In this document: positions 42,073 to 57,003 of the stretch, piece after piece | Layout of the letters: each line of letters opens with the position of its first letter | Position numbering within the stretch: position 1 is the stretch's first letter | Assembly: GCA_964016885.1 (NCBI GenBank) | Contig: OZ024744.1 | Span: 81,592,001 to 81,656,000, forward strand | Source: Eledone cirrhosa | Lineage: Eukaryota | Reading direction: 5' to 3' | Length of the DNA: 64,000 nucleotides | Made by a program: the position numbers and the translations under genes | Notes under the pieces: model-generated | The model's database searches: none | What the model saw: only the letters and a program-made list of their open reading frames with translations | Told to the model about the DNA's origin: nothing

Positions 42073-42169
42073 GATCTGTAATACATTTGATAATTTACAT
42101 TGAGCCTTTCTCTTACTGGTAATTGGCTTGTGCTTAGTATTATCTTCCATATTTATAATTATTTGGAGA

Positions 42170-42373
42170 CTGGAATGTCTTCAGGCGCTCACGGCTCTCA
42201 ACCAGTCGGGCAATGTGATCGGTGGAAACTCCACCTTGGCGTTCTACAGAGGATTAGTGGAGGAGAAGAGCGACGACGTACTTGGGAAACTCTAGGGGTC
42301 GACGAAAATCAACTAGCCAATCTCTTCGGAAGAACTTTCGGGCCGGGCCCATGGACAATTTCCAGAAATCCCA
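42170..42373 (+). mobile_element. Tx1/L1 internal fragment
   Basis: Homologous to 51140-51343 (LFGRTF.PGPMDNFQ). Confidence 0.75.
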
Positions 42374-42458
42374 TGTATGTATGTATGTATGTATGTATGT
42401 ATGTATGTATGTATGTATGTATGTATGTATGTATGTATGTATGTATGTATGTATGTAT

Positions 42459-43070
42459 GTCAGGTCACTAGTTGGTGCTACTGGTAACATGTATCCCAGT
42501 ACAACCTGTCCCATGGTCGGGTCGTTGGCGACTAAACTGGCAACCCTACCAAGGTTTCTTGGTGAGGAGGGTGACTTTGGACATCCTGCAGGACTAAAAA
42601 CAAAACATGTCAAAGGGCAAAGGAGCTCTTAAGAGTCAATGGCCATCCAAAATCACCGGGAGAGATGACCCCTTAGCCTTTGTCAAGGCAGAATTCTAGG
42701 AGAAGGAAAACTCTGATATAACACCTGCAACTCTGATGGTATCCAATGATGTTGACTTGTTCTTCTTTTTGGTAAATATCATCTGGGTTAAGAGAGTGGG
42801 ACTGGCTTTGTGCAGTGCCTTTGTTCACTATAAAAGCTTCACGGCTCAGGCATTGCTTTATATCTGGAGATCTCTCTGCATCTGTCGTCATTTGGTACCA
42901 TGGGCCCAGTACTATGTGTCAATAATTGTCACAAGTGTAGTGTTTGTGCCAGAGTTTTCAAGTCGCTGGCTGGACTAAAAAGTCACTCGTTCAGCGCATC
43001 GGTAGGGGTTCTCCTACATGGATATAAAGTAGTGGCCGTACTCGAAAACGAGTTGGCAGCCACCATGTAT
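42459..43070 (+). mobile_element. Non-autonomous RTE derivative, copy B (most complete)
   Basis: ~610 bp; RTE-like 5' motif gtcgttggcgactaaa; C2H2 remnant CSVCARVFKSLAGLKSH; ends ggcagccaccatgtatgta. Confidence 0.85.
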
Positions 43071-43073
43071 GTA

Positions 43074-44222
43074 ATCGATACAGCAACCTTGATAATGAAA
43101 TTCCACTCAGGATTAGGAAAGCAAGTGATGCTTCCGGAAAGCTAGAAAGGCGACTCTGGGGTCGGCGAGACACATGCAAGAAGACAAAGGTAAAGGTGTA
43201 CACGGCATGTCTGCTTTCTTCGCTTCTTTATGCCTGCGAGACCTGGGTCACATATCGACACCACCTTAAGCAATTGGAGCAATCCATCAGATGTGTCTCA
43301 GACGGAACCATGGCGTTCACTGGAGGGACCACATCAGTGATGTCGAGATTTTGGAAAGCTCTATGTGTGACAGTATAGAAGCTCTTGTGCTTAAGCAACG
43401 GCTCCGTTGGAGTGGTCTCCTTGCCAGGATGAAGGATTCTAGAATACCGAAACAACTCTTTTATGGAGAGTTAGTTAAAGGAAAACGACCGCCACATAAA
43501 CCAAAAAAGAGGTATAAGGATTCCTTGAAAGCCTCTTTGAAAGACGCTAACATCTCTGCTGATACATGGGAAAATGTTGCTGCTGATCGTAATAAATGGA
43601 GAAAGACTGTGTATGAGGGGAAAGTTGCCTTTCAGGCACCTCGAATCACATACGAGAGAGTAAAGCGGGATGTGAGGAAGGGCATTGCTGTTGCATTTCC
43701 AGACGGCGAAGGTCCTCCAATAGCGCTGACATGCAGCGTCTGTGCGTGACTTTGCCTAAGCAAAGCTGGACTCGAAAGTCATCTTCGCAGTCATAAAGTA
43801 AGACCAGTGGTTGACTACCAGGCTGCTGTTGAAGATGCTACTCATCATGCTTGCCAAACATGTGGTAGAGAATGTAAATCAGCAGGAGGGCTCAAACGAC
43901 ATGCAAAAGTATATGAACTCCAACCACAGCCGACTATTCCCAGTAAATGTTTTGGTTGCCGACTCTGTGCAAGACATTTTAGATCATTGGCTGGGCTAAA
44001 AAGCCACATTCGATCGCAGCGCTGTTAATTGCTATCGTGTGTGTGTGTAGATATATTTATATGTGCGCGCGTGTATATATACATATATTATTATTGTTGT
44101 TGTTGTTATCGTTATTATTATTGTTGTTATTATTATTATTGTTATTATTATGTTTTTTTTTGTTTTTTCTCGTGCAATGACCATACTTGATATCGAGGGG
44201 GCAGCCATCATGTATGTATGTA
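43074..44222 (+). mobile_element. RTE LINE 3' portion with three C-terminal C2H2 zinc fingers and an (ATGT)n tail
   Basis: LLYACETW, RLRWSG..RM.DSRIPKQLFYGEL..GKR...PKKRYKD, followed by CSVC..SKAGLESH, CQTCGRECKSAGGLKRH and CRLCARHFRSLAGLKSH. Confidence 0.88.
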
Positions 44223-44537
44223 TCAGTGGCGAAGGGTAACCTGAAAAGCAGGGCATGCACTCCAATCGCCATGGCGGAAAGTGGGGCTGTGTAGCCTCCC
44301 CCCCCCAATCCCTCTAAATAATCCTCCCGGTCAAAGCCGCATGTAGTGTTATCTAGTGTGTGTGTGTTATCTTTTTGTGAGTCTACGTTTTAGTAAGCAG
44401 CCAAAATCCTGCTTGCTTCAACCGACGCTGGCGCGCGCGCGCGCGTGTGTTATCTTTTTACGTGTCTACAGTTTACAAGCAGCCAAAATTCTGCTTGCTT
44501 CAACCGACGCTGTCGTGTGTTTGTGTGTATGTGTGTA

Positions 44538-44581
<44 letters not shown>

Positions 44582-44770
44582 CTTTTTATGTGTTTACGAT
44601 TTAGTAAGCAGCCAAAATTCTGCTTGCTTCAACCAACGCAATTGATCAACTCAAGATTCAATAACGCATGCACTGCATGCGTTGCATGCACTGCATGCGT
44701 TGCATGCACGCACCCTTCGCCCCTGGTATGTATGTATGTATGTATGTATGTATGTATGTATGTATGTATG

Positions 44771-44799
<29 letters not shown>

Positions 44800-44801
<2 letters not shown>

Positions 44802-46177
44802 GGGCAAGGGAGCTCTTAAGACTCAATAGCCATCCAAAATCACCGGGAGAGATGACCCCTTAGCCTTTGTCAAGGCAGAATTCTAGGAGAAGGAAAACTC
44901 TGATATAACACCTGCAACCCTGATGGTATCCAATGATGTTGACTTGTTCTTCTTTTTGGTAAATATCATCTTGGTTAAGAGAGTGGGACTGGCTTTGTGC
45001 AGTGCCTTTGCTCACTATAAAAGCTTCACAGCACAGGCATTGCTTTATATCTGGAGATCTCTCTGCACTTGTCATCACATGGTCAATATGATGCACTATG
45101 TGTCAATAATGGTCACAAGTGTAGTCTTTGTACCAGAGTTTTCAAGTCGCTGGCTGGACTAAAAAGTCACATTCGTTCAGCGCATCGGTAGGGGTTCTCC
45201 TACATGGATATAAAGCAGTGGCCGTACTCGAAAACGAGTTGGCCGCCACCATATGTATGTATGTATGTATGTATGTGTGTGTGTGTATGTATGTATGTAT
45301 GTATGTATGTATGTATGTATGTATGTATGTATGTATGTATGTATGTGTTTGTGTGTATATATGTATGTATGTATGTATGTGTATGTGTGTATGTATGTAT
45401 GTATGTATGTATGTATGTATGTATGTATGTATGTATGTATGTATGTATGTATGTGTATGTATGTATGTATGAATGTATGTATGTATGTATGTATGTATGT
45501 ATGTATGTGTATGTATGTGTATGTATGTATGTATGTATGTATGTATGTATGTATGTATGTATGTATGTATGTATGTATGTATGAATGTATGTATATATGT
45601 ATCCCAGTACAACCTGTCTCATAGTCGGGTCGTTGGCGACTAAACTGGCAACCCGACCAAGGTTTCTTGGTGAGGAGGGTGACTTTGGACATCCTGCAGG
45701 ACTAAAAACACAACCTGTCAAAAGGGCAAAGGAGCTCTTAAGAGTCAATGGCCATCCAAAATCACTGGGAGAGATGACCCCTTAGCCTTTGTCAAGGCAG
45801 AATTCTAGAAGAAGGAAAACTCTGATATAACACCTGCAACCCTGATGGTATCCAATGATGTTGACTTGTTCTTCTTGTTGGTAAATATCATCTTGGTTAA
45901 GAGAGTGGGACTGGCTTTGTGCAGTGCCTTTGCTCACTATAAAAGCTTCACGGCACAGGCATTGCTTTGCATCTGGAGATCTCTCTGCACTTGTCGTCAC
46001 ATGGTACCATGGGCCCAGCACTATGTGTCAATAATTGTCACAAGTGTAGTGTTTGTACCAGAGTTTTCAAGTCGCTGGCTGGACTAAAAAGTCACACTCG
46101 TTCAGCGCATCGGTAGGGGTTCTCCTACATGGATATAAAGTAGTGGCCGTACTCGAAAACGAGTTGGCAGCCACCAT
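44800..46177 (+). mobile_element. Non-autonomous RTE derivative, copies C (44800-45251) and D (45597-46177), separated by (ATGT)n
   Basis: Colinear, near-identical matches to copy B with different 5' truncation points. Confidence 0.88.
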
Positions 46178-46178
46178 G

Positions 46179-46212
<34 letters not shown>

Positions 46213-46339
46213 TGTATGTATGTATGTATGTATGTATGTATGTATGTATGTATGTATGTATGTGTTTGTGTGTATATATGTATGTATGTATGTATGTGTG
46301 TGTATGTATGAATGTATGTATGAATGCATGTATGTAACA

Positions 46340-46930
46340 TCTTCTCAAATGCGCTGGACTTGACATATCGTCTGCATGCATGAAAGCAGGATCCCGAAGC
46401 AACTGTTTTACGGTGAGCTCGATGTTGGTAAAAGACCTCAACACAAACCGAAAATGAAGTACAAGGACAGTATCAAGAACAATCTGAAAGAGCTGGCATT
46501 TGATATAGACAACTGGGAGGAGTGAGCTAATAAAGGGCAGTTGAAAAACTTTCGAGGAATGTCGTCTAGAACATAAACAACTAAAGCGTCAGCTCCGGAA
46601 GGGCTATACTCACAGTCGAAGTCATCAGTAGTTGCACATGCAATTTCTGTCAGCGTGTACTCCTCGCAAAGTCTGGTTATGTTAATCACCTGAAGTCATA
46701 TGAAAGGATAACCACCTGCAACACCACTCAACAAAGATCTGGCGAAACAAAGTGTGTAGAACTAGTTCCGGACTAAAAAAAAACACACCACATGGTGGTA
46801 TATAAAGATTGTGTCCCTCAGGGTGACTTCTCCGGTCCTGTGGAAAGCACAACTCTCTTCTGTCACCTATGTCGTAAACCATGCAGATCTATAAAGTCGT
46901 CTACGAAGATGGGATGAAAACGAAGAATCA
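46340..46930 (+). mobile_element. Decayed RTE 3' fragment
   Basis: MRW..HI..M..SRIPKQLFYGEL..GKRPQHKPKMKYKD motif with stops. Confidence 0.7.
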
Positions 46931-49704
46931 ATAAGAGACGACAATCGTCTGTGAAGACGCTCCAATGGTCATGCATGCATGTATATATGTACAGTCTCGT
47001 AACTCCTGATAGAGTCGTAGGGGCGCTGCATTAACATACGGCGTTTCTTGGGCATTTTAAGCCTGGCGGAGCCCAATCCTCTCCCGGCCTAACTACAGCA
47101 GATTTCTTCCAGAGAAAGATAGAAAATGGGAGAGAGGAAATGAGAAAGAGATATTAGAGGAAGAATTGACACGAGTACTAGACTGGTACTTTTTTTTTAT
47201 CGACCTCGAAAGGATGAAAAGCAAAGTTGACCTCGGTGAGAGAGCTGAGAGTCGGAAGGAATACCATAAATCATTCTATCTGACGTTCTAATGACTCTGC
47301 CAATTCGCCGCCTCTAAAGTACATACTATATTTTAAAATTCAATTATATCCGAAGAATAATAAGTTATTTAGGCAGCAAATTGGTAAAGTCATTAGAACG
47401 TCGGGTAGAATGCTTTGCGGTATTTATTTCGACTCTCAGTTCTCTGAGTTTAAATCCCGCCGATGTCAATGTTGCCTTTCATTCATTCGAGGTCGATAAA
47501 AAAGTACCAGTTTAGCACTGGGGTCGATTCTTCCGCTATATTTCTTTCTCACTTTCATTCTCTCACTCTTTTTATCCATTTCTGGAAGAAATCGGCTGGG
47601 TTCAGACCTGGAGGGGGCTGGGCTCCGCTAGGCTTTAAAAATACCCTAGAAATGCTGTCTACTACCACGGCACTCCTACAACTCCATCGGGAGTTACAGA
47701 AAAAAAAAAAAGAAAAAAGAAAAAGGACTTTGCTTTCTAAATAACATATTCACCCGTTTACTTATTATTGAATGTTATTCAACAACCAAATGATTTATAT
47801 TGAATTATATGATGTTAGTGATTCATAAAAAAAAAAGTTAGAAAGAAGAAATAAAAGCGGAAAGGGAGATGAAGAGAAGGCATGGGAATTCAAATGCACA
47901 CTGTAACAGAACATGCTGGTGTCGCCTTCTAAATATTTTTGAAGGAAGCCATTAATTTGTTTTGTTAATTTCTGCTGTTTAGACCCAGGTCAATCTCGAG
48001 TCAATAGATCTATCATCAAAAGAGTTCTAGCTTGTATCCAAACAGTGTTTTATCTAGATATGATACATGTAGGATTACTTTATATAAGCGATGTGTCTTT
48101 CCTCGAAAAGTCGTGCTTCATGTTCGTTAAAAAAGAGTTTTATAACGATGAGTTGCTTCCCTTGGTATCTCGTTCGTGGAAAAGGCGGAGGCATGAAATA
48201 CTGTGTGGTCAAGAGATTTGCAATGCAATCGCCTGGTTTCGGGGTCATTGTGTGATACCCTGGGGGTAGTGTCTTCTATTATAGCCTCAGATTGACCAGT
48301 ACCTTATGAGTGGAATGTGGAATTTGGTAGTCGAAAATTAAACACACACACACGCATAAATATACATACACATACACGGACGGACACATGGACACACAAA
48401 CACATGTGGACATATATACAAAGGTGCGTGTATGTGTCCGCGTCTGAATTTGTTTATGTCTCATAACTTAGTGGTTCGACAAAAAGAGATTGATAAAATA
48501 AGAATCACTCTTGAAAAAATAAGTATTGGGTCGACACTGTCGACTAAACGTGCCGAAGATGGTGCCCCTGGGTGGCTTTAGTCAAATGACTGAAACCAGT
48601 AAAAAGTTATTTGAGACAGATATATGCCGGCCTCCCACGTATATCTGTCGTTGTACGTAAGGTTTTCTGGACACTGCCATCATGCAGTCACTAATAACAG
48701 GGGGTGCAAGCTCTCCTATCACGATGTCATCTCCAGAGATTCTGGTATTGAAATCCAGGACTTGGCAACGGCAATGAACGACAGACCCACGAGGAGATCA
48801 ATTGTTGAGTCTGTTTCTGCTGAGGCCGCCGGATGATGATAATGATAATGACGAAAAGAAAGCAAGAAAAGGAGTTTTATTAATTAATTAATTAATTAAT
48901 TAATTTATTTATTTATCTATCTATTTATTACAACACGCAAATCTCCTTATAATATATAACCAGCAATTTCTCTGTCTGTCTGTCCGACGCGTAGAGAGAG
49001 AGAGTGAGAGTGAAAGAAAAAGACAGACTACAAGAGGTGGATAGCGGGAGGGAGAGAGAGAGACGCTGGAAGAGGGGAAGGAAAGCTATGTCTTGCTGTC
49101 TGCATTACGATACATATATATATACACACACACACTGAGCGCGTCATAATGACGTAATGCAGACAGCCAGACATACAGACAGATATTATAAGGGCGCAAC
49201 GTTATATCTATGTATCTATCTAAAAAGAAAGACTAAGAATTATATAGAGAGAACGCTAAATCGCCTAATGCGGTCCCTAGGGCATTGAAAATTTGAAATA
49301 ATTTTTACTCAAAACACTCACAGGACCATAAGTATTACATGTCTAAAGTTTGAAAACAATCGGTTGGATGGTTCTCAAGTTTTAGTGAGCTGACAGACAG
49401 ACATATATGTCTGTCTGTATATATGCTAGTCTATATATATAAACTGAGGTTGTCTGTCTGTCTGTCTACTAAAACCGTCGGCACACATCTCCTCCTAAAC
49501 CGTGCGTTCAAATTTCGGTGAAATTGCTACACTCATAGATGAAGGTCCGGCGGAGACATCGGTCAAAAAAAATTTCAAATCGACCCACGCCAAGTGAAAA
49601 AATCGAATTTGTAATGTATTGATTTTTCAGTTCAAATGTATAAATAGAAATGAGAGACGAGTTATTTCCCTTTTATGGCGTCATTTGCTTATCTATTTAT
49701 GTTA

Positions 49705-52056
49705 CGTAAAACCGAGTTCTGCGAAAGACTGATCACGGACACTGAGATACGGGAGGCTCTGGGCCGCTGCGGGAAACGTAAGTCACCCGGTCTAGATGAT
49801 CTACCCTATGAGTTTTACATAGGCATGCTGGACTTGTCCTCTGGCGTCCTCGAAGCCGTCTACTGCAATTGGCAGCAGAACGGGAGAATTCCTAGTTCTG
49901 CAGGCAAGGGCGTAGTAACGCTGATCAGGAAAGACGAGAACATGGGGGACGAAATTAACAACTTCAGGCCCATAACTCTGCTCAACACAGAGTTAAAGAT
50001 TTTGGCCAAGGTGCTAGCGACGAGGTTGGCGCTTGTCGTCGAGAACCTGGTAGGGAAAGCACAAACGTGTGCAATCCCGACCAGGTCCATACACGACAAC
50101 CTCCACTTCATGCGATACATCATAGTGAGGGTGGGTAGTAAACCCGGCTTCGGTGGGGCTCTGATCAACTTGGATCAGTCTAAAGCATTCGATAGGGTCG
50201 ACCATCGATACTTGGAAGCGGTTCTCAATGCAGCTGTTTCGGTCCCGTGTTCAGAGGATGGATCGAGGCGATGTACACCAACATTTGCTCGAGGGTCAAG
50301 GTGAACGGTTACTTATCGGAGCCGTTCGCAATCACGCGTTCCATTCGACAGGGGTGCCCTCTCTCCTCCATTCTTTATGTATTGACTGTAGAGCCACTAC
50401 TGCGGAAATTGGAGCTGTTGCTGGGCATCCCTCTAGAACCGGGACTGCGCAAAGCGGCGTCGGCTTATGCCGACGACGTGACGGTAATTGTGTCGGGCAC
50501 CTCGGAAATAGGGGTGATCGGCAACTTACTGAAAGAATACGAAACGCTGACGGGAGCAAAACTAAACCCGGACAAGTCCGTCGGTTTGCAACTCGGTACG
50601 TGGAGAGGCAAACCGATGACGTCCGACAGCGTCGTTGGACGCTGGACGGACGGACCGGTGAAATTGCTCGGGGTCTGGTTCGGTCCAGACCTCCAGGTGG
50701 AGAAAAACTGGAACGAGGTCACGGCCAAGGTGTTTGCACTCACCCAGAAGTGGGCAGAGTGCAAACTGTCCTTTAAAGGTCGAGCGGAGGTGAGAACACC
50801 TTCATAGCGTCCGTCATCTACTACCGCTTGACTGTCGTGCCTTGTCCCCGTGAACACCTCGCCAAGATAGAACGCATGCTCTTCCAGTTTCTGTGGAAGA
50901 AGCAGGCTCCGCTGGTGAGGAGATCCGTCTACTGTCAGCACCCTTCCAACGGGGGGCTGGGAATGCCGTGGCTGATGATGCGCAAACATGCGCTGAGGCT
51001 GCGGCATCTCCAGGTATTCCACACCGACCCCCAACCGGTGTGGGCTCCGTTTGTGAGACAGGCTTTCCCACAGCTCGTCTCGCTGACGGAGCTGCAGTCC
51101 TGGGTCAAGAAAAGACCGAAAACGATGGGCGCCTGGCACATTGAATGCGCTCAGGCGTTCACAGTCCTCTGGCAAGCGGCGCAGCAATCAGTGGAGACTC
51201 CACTTCGACATTCTATAGAGGGATTGTACGTTACAAGGGCGATGACGTGCTCGGAGAGACTCTGGGCGTCGAAGACGATGAGCTCACCACTCTATTTGGA
51301 AGGACTTTCCGCCCGGGACCTATGGACAACTTCCAGAGGTCCCTGGCCTGGCAATGCTACCGAGGAGCTCTACCGGTTCGTGACAAGATCTACAGGCACG
51401 GACGCACCAGCAGGGATCCTTCCAAGAGGACGTGTCCAAGATGCGCGCAGGACATTGAAACAGTCCTGCACGCAATTGTACACTGCCCGGGGGTAACCGA
51501 CCTGTGGAATTATGCAGAACAACTGCTGTCGCGTATGGGACAAATCCAGTTGACTGCAGAGTCCATAGTAAGGATCAAACCGCAAGCCTCTTTCAAAAAC
51601 GAAAGAGAGGCGGTTTTCCTCTGTACGGTGGCTATGGTGAAAGAAGTTATATGGTGGACGAGGTTGAGAGGACAGCAATTGATTCCCTTCTTTAAGTATC
51701 ACTTTAGAAGGAGAATCAGGGTGGAGAGAGAGGCACTGCACCCCAGTAAATTTACTGAAAGGTGGGTGAATGAAGCGAAAATGGCCCGAGTGATTGGGCC
51801 TTCTCTGTTTATAAGCCTGTAGGTTGAAGAAGAGAGCAAAAGGAAGAAAGAGCACTTGCACAACACGCTCCTGGGGTTGAGGGTTGTTCTATCGACGGGG
51901 TATTAAACAACCCATTTGTGGGGCTTCCCCCTATTGGGGATTTCGATTGTTGTAATTGTTTGTTTTTATATTTTTTACACAACTGTATGTAAAATACCCG
52001 GCATGTCTTTGATTTGTCCCCCTTTTCTTGTGCGCCCTTGTGGCTAATAAAGAAAT
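49705..52056 (+). mobile_element. Tx1/L1-clade LINE, 5'-truncated ORF2 (RT + zinc knuckle), frameshifted
   Basis: KSPGLDDLPYEFY, NFRPITLLN, LDQSKAFDRV, RQGCPLS, AYADD, GGLG and CPRC...ETVLHAIVHC motifs; 3' UTR ending aataaagaaat. Confidence 0.93.
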
Positions 52057-52282
52057 ATATCTCTATATATATATAGAGAGAGGGGGGAGCGCCAAGCGAG
52101 AGGCATCTACATAGGTAGAGAGGGAAAAGGTAACGCCGTGTGTTTTCAAGGTGACAGAAAGAAATAGATAGACAGAAAGTTACGACGTCACTCTTATCTA
52201 TATAGAGAGAGGGGGAGCGCCAAGCGAGAGATATGTACGTAGATAGAGAGAGAAAAACAACGTCATTTGTTTAGAGAGAGAG

Positions 52283-52370
<88 letters not shown>

Positions 52371-53747
52371 TGGAGAGAGAGAGAGAGACAGAGAGAGAGT
52401 GTGAGTAGTGACAGAAAGAGGGAGAAGTCGACGTGGCCCTCATCTAGTAACGTGAATAGCCACATTGAAATACCAGAAAAAGTTCGAGTTACGCCTACGA
52501 AATTTATGTCAGGGGAGACAACTTATCATTGCGAATTATTATTTTTAAAGTACATGAAACACGACTTTCCCATTCTAAGTATATTAAACGCGGATTCAGC
52601 GGAAGGATCATCTCTCTAATAAAATTTATTGGTAGATTACTAAATTATTAACTTGTCAACTGCGCAAACTTCTTAGCAGTAATTTTTCTAAGTTGTTGCC
52701 GTTGATTTAAAAAAAACCCAGAATTAGTCGTTTAGCTTACATATTGTACCCCAACCCATCCTATTTATTTTATAACGTATGAGATTTCTAGTAATGTACT
52801 TTTTTTTTATCATGTATAATGTTTTTCAATGTATAAAGAAAATTAATTGTCGCAGGAACTCTACCACTTTAAATAAAATTTCGCCTGAGTTAAGTAGCAA
52901 AATTTGATAAGCGCAGTGGGGTGGGTAGGTGGGGGGTTATGTTGGAATAAGAGCAGGAGGGGAAGGGCTCGAAACAATCTGAAAGATTAATGATTGGGGG
53001 TGGGGCTGGAGGCACGACGACGAGGATTATTTGAGATGCGGGAGTGGAGTAATAACACTATTCTATACAAACTATGATGGAATATTTTATATAAAGGGGA
53101 ACAACTCTGCATGGAATACTCTAACATTTACTCTCCCTTCCCGCTTAAATTATAAAAGAAAACCCGCCTTCCTTACCATATTTCTAATAAATCACTCAAA
53201 ATACCCAATTATTTTTAAAATGAACTGAAAAAATCAAGTATTGCGAGGAATTTAGTAATGTAACTAATTTACCCATTATTTATTGGGTGCTTGGAACATA
53301 ATATAATTGTTTGTACTTTTGGCACAAGGCCGGCAAATAACCAGTGCATTACTGGTACTTTATTTTATCGACCCCGTAATAATAGTTGTTACATAAAATG
53401 ATGCCATTCAGTGAACTGATGACGCACAATATCTCCTCAATGAAGCTGAGCCTCTAGCCTCTCTTAGTTCGAATACTGACCTAGTTGGTGAGGTGAAAGG
53501 CCACATCCTACATTAGGTTCCTTTCAAACGGCCATCATAGGATAGTCTAGCTGAACATGTTGGATTTAGAAGAGTAAGCAGTAGCTCATATGACGGTCAT
53601 CAGTTTAATTAGATGACCTTGGCTTCGTGAACACTAGTCTCTTTGCAGATGATCAACTATTAATTCGACAATGGGTTGGCACAACTGTTCTAGTTAGCGG
53701 AGAAATCTATAAGTGTGGTGGTGTGGCGAGTCGCATATATTCTAGCC

Positions 53748-54044
53748 CAGGGGTGTGCAACAGGCCACAATCCGTCCCGTCAGACCAGTCAGTGTGGCCC
53801 GCAATGGCCGTTTTTAATTTTTACTTTGTAGGATTATTTAGAATTTTTTTCGTAACCGTAATACAATTTTCTGTTAGTTGACCTATACTGTTTCACTGAT
53901 AGGGTTATGTGTGTTATAATTTTCCAGTTCTATGTTATGTAAAGAAGTTGTGATGAATCTTTGGAATAGTTCTTAATTAATAGCTCTAATAGTTGTTCCA
54001 ATGTTCAAAAGTAGCCCGCCATTGGAATATGTTGCACATCCTTG
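53748..54044. mobile_element. hAT MITE
   Basis: 8-bp TSD ttctagcc on both sides; TIRs caggggtgtgcaac / gttgcacatccttg. Confidence 0.85.
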
Positions 54045-54478
54045 TTCTAGCCATTAGAAAAAAAGCAAAATGATTGCTGCACCTTCGAAAGGGAGATAAC
54101 TCAAGAAGAAGAGAAGATGATGGCAAGTTTTTTAAAATAAATATTATCACTTACTCTCAGGTCTTGAATAATTGTCTCCCCGCTGCTTATTCCTTTTTCA
54201 GATTCCTCCCTACCCCGCTTATTAAATTTTGCTAATCTATCTCCAGCGAAATTTTATTGTAAGTGATTAATATTGATACAGCAGCTGGAGAAAGACCAAC
54301 GGAAACATTGTTTCCTTCATCCGACGTGAGGATCGACTTCTTTCTATTTATATATTTCTTTGCTTCTAGTGATGTTAAAAATTAAAAAAACATACACACA
54401 CATATACACACACACAAATATATTTATATAGATATGTATATATATATATTTTGTTTCTGAATTTTCTGTGGAAATCAA

Positions 54479-54574
54479 GACGTATCTGAGGACCTTGCGA
54501 TTTTCAGAGTCAGGTTCGATCATCACATCGATAATGCCTCGAGCTGGTCGCCAGAGAAACGATTGTAATATGTC
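54479..54574 (+). ncRNA. Type I hammerhead ribozyme
   Basis: Stem I gacgtat/atatgtc; CUGAGGA at 54486-54492; long imperfect stem II; GAAA at 54556; stem III cgattg; UA site. Confidence 0.68.
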
Positions 54575-54619
54575 CAATAAATTCCATTCGTCGCAACACT
54601 GATTCTCTTTTTTTCTGTG

Positions 54620-54652
<33 letters not shown>

Positions 54653-54676
54653 TATACATATACATACACACACAGA

Positions 54677-55582
<906 letters not shown>

Positions 55583-55934
55583 TATATATATATATATATA
55601 TAGTTGAACCTCGGTCCACGAACGTCTATCATCACATACAAATCAGTCCCCGAAAAGTTTTTCTGCACTTAAAACGTCTCGGCTCACGAATGGTGTCTCG
55701 AATAACGAACACCACAAGCCGGCAAAAAGATTGGAGTATCAGCGAGTACGCGTTACCTAATGTGTATTTAGTTACTATAGTGATATCTATCTGCCTTTCA
55801 CACACAGTCTCTCTCTCCCCTCTCTCCCCCTGTCTCTTCCCCTCTCTCTCTTTCTATCTCTTTATATATATATATAAGTTAACGAGATATCGTTTAAGGT
55901 AATCAGCCGATCCAGATTTTTCTTCACTCATTTA

Positions 55935-56019
<85 letters not shown>

Positions 56020-56059
56020 TAAAATAACAGGAGGCTGGACTGGTGTAATTCCTTAAAAG

Positions 56060-56138
56060 TTTGTTATACTATGATCATTTCAGTGACCGGGTTCAGTATG
56101 AATCCGGTGACATCATCAGGTATTCGAAATTTAACAAA
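56060..56138 (-). ncRNA. Type I hammerhead ribozyme
   Basis: Minus strand: tttgtta..atac CUGAUGA, stem II (ccgg.ttca-tac-tgaa.ccgg), GAAA, palindrome tgatca, UA, gtataacaaa. Confidence 0.7.
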
Positions 56139-56937
56139 GGAAGGAATATAATAGACAAAATCCATGGAAGGCGGCCAACCGGGCTAGAAGCTGCTAATGT
56201 TAGGCCGCCTTCCTGTCCCTGCTTTTCAGCCCCATATATATATATATATATTATAGAGAAAACGGAAAATCAGTGATGCATCTGGACTTAGTTTATTTCG
56301 TGTTACAAATGTTTCGTCGGCATGTTGCTCGAGTCATGGTCCTTGTGTGGCTCTGGCTGATTCTACTTCTGCGGGTTCTTTCAGTATACGGGTGTTTCGT
56401 CTGGAGCAAATTTTATCACTGGGGTGTTGTCATAAAAAAACACCATAAAAAACTCTATTTCCACTCTTGTCACGCCATTGGCTGTTTTTACTCCACGTCA
56501 TCACAAGTTCTGGCCAGTATCTGCTGCCACACGGTTCATCAACCATTTTCCGTCCGACTCATTTCAATGGAGTCATGCTGGGTTCAGTACTTCACACGTC
56601 TTATCATATTTCAGAGTAAGCACTCACACATACTAAAATACACACATAAACACACACACATGCAGACACATACCTATCTATGCATTCACACACGTACGCC
56701 TACATGCGCAGACACACACACCCCACATACATACATCGAAGTATATATACTCACACACCCTCTCTCCCTCACTTCCACGGACCCATTCACACCCACTTGT
56801 TGATACCTATCGCCACAAGCCTTCTGACGGCTGCTTACTTCGCGCCCTGTATCAATTGGGATAAGCATATCCTACTCAAACATACACATATATACATACA
56901 TACGCGCGCACATATACATACGCCCAACCTTCTATAC

Positions 56938-57003
<66 letters not shown>

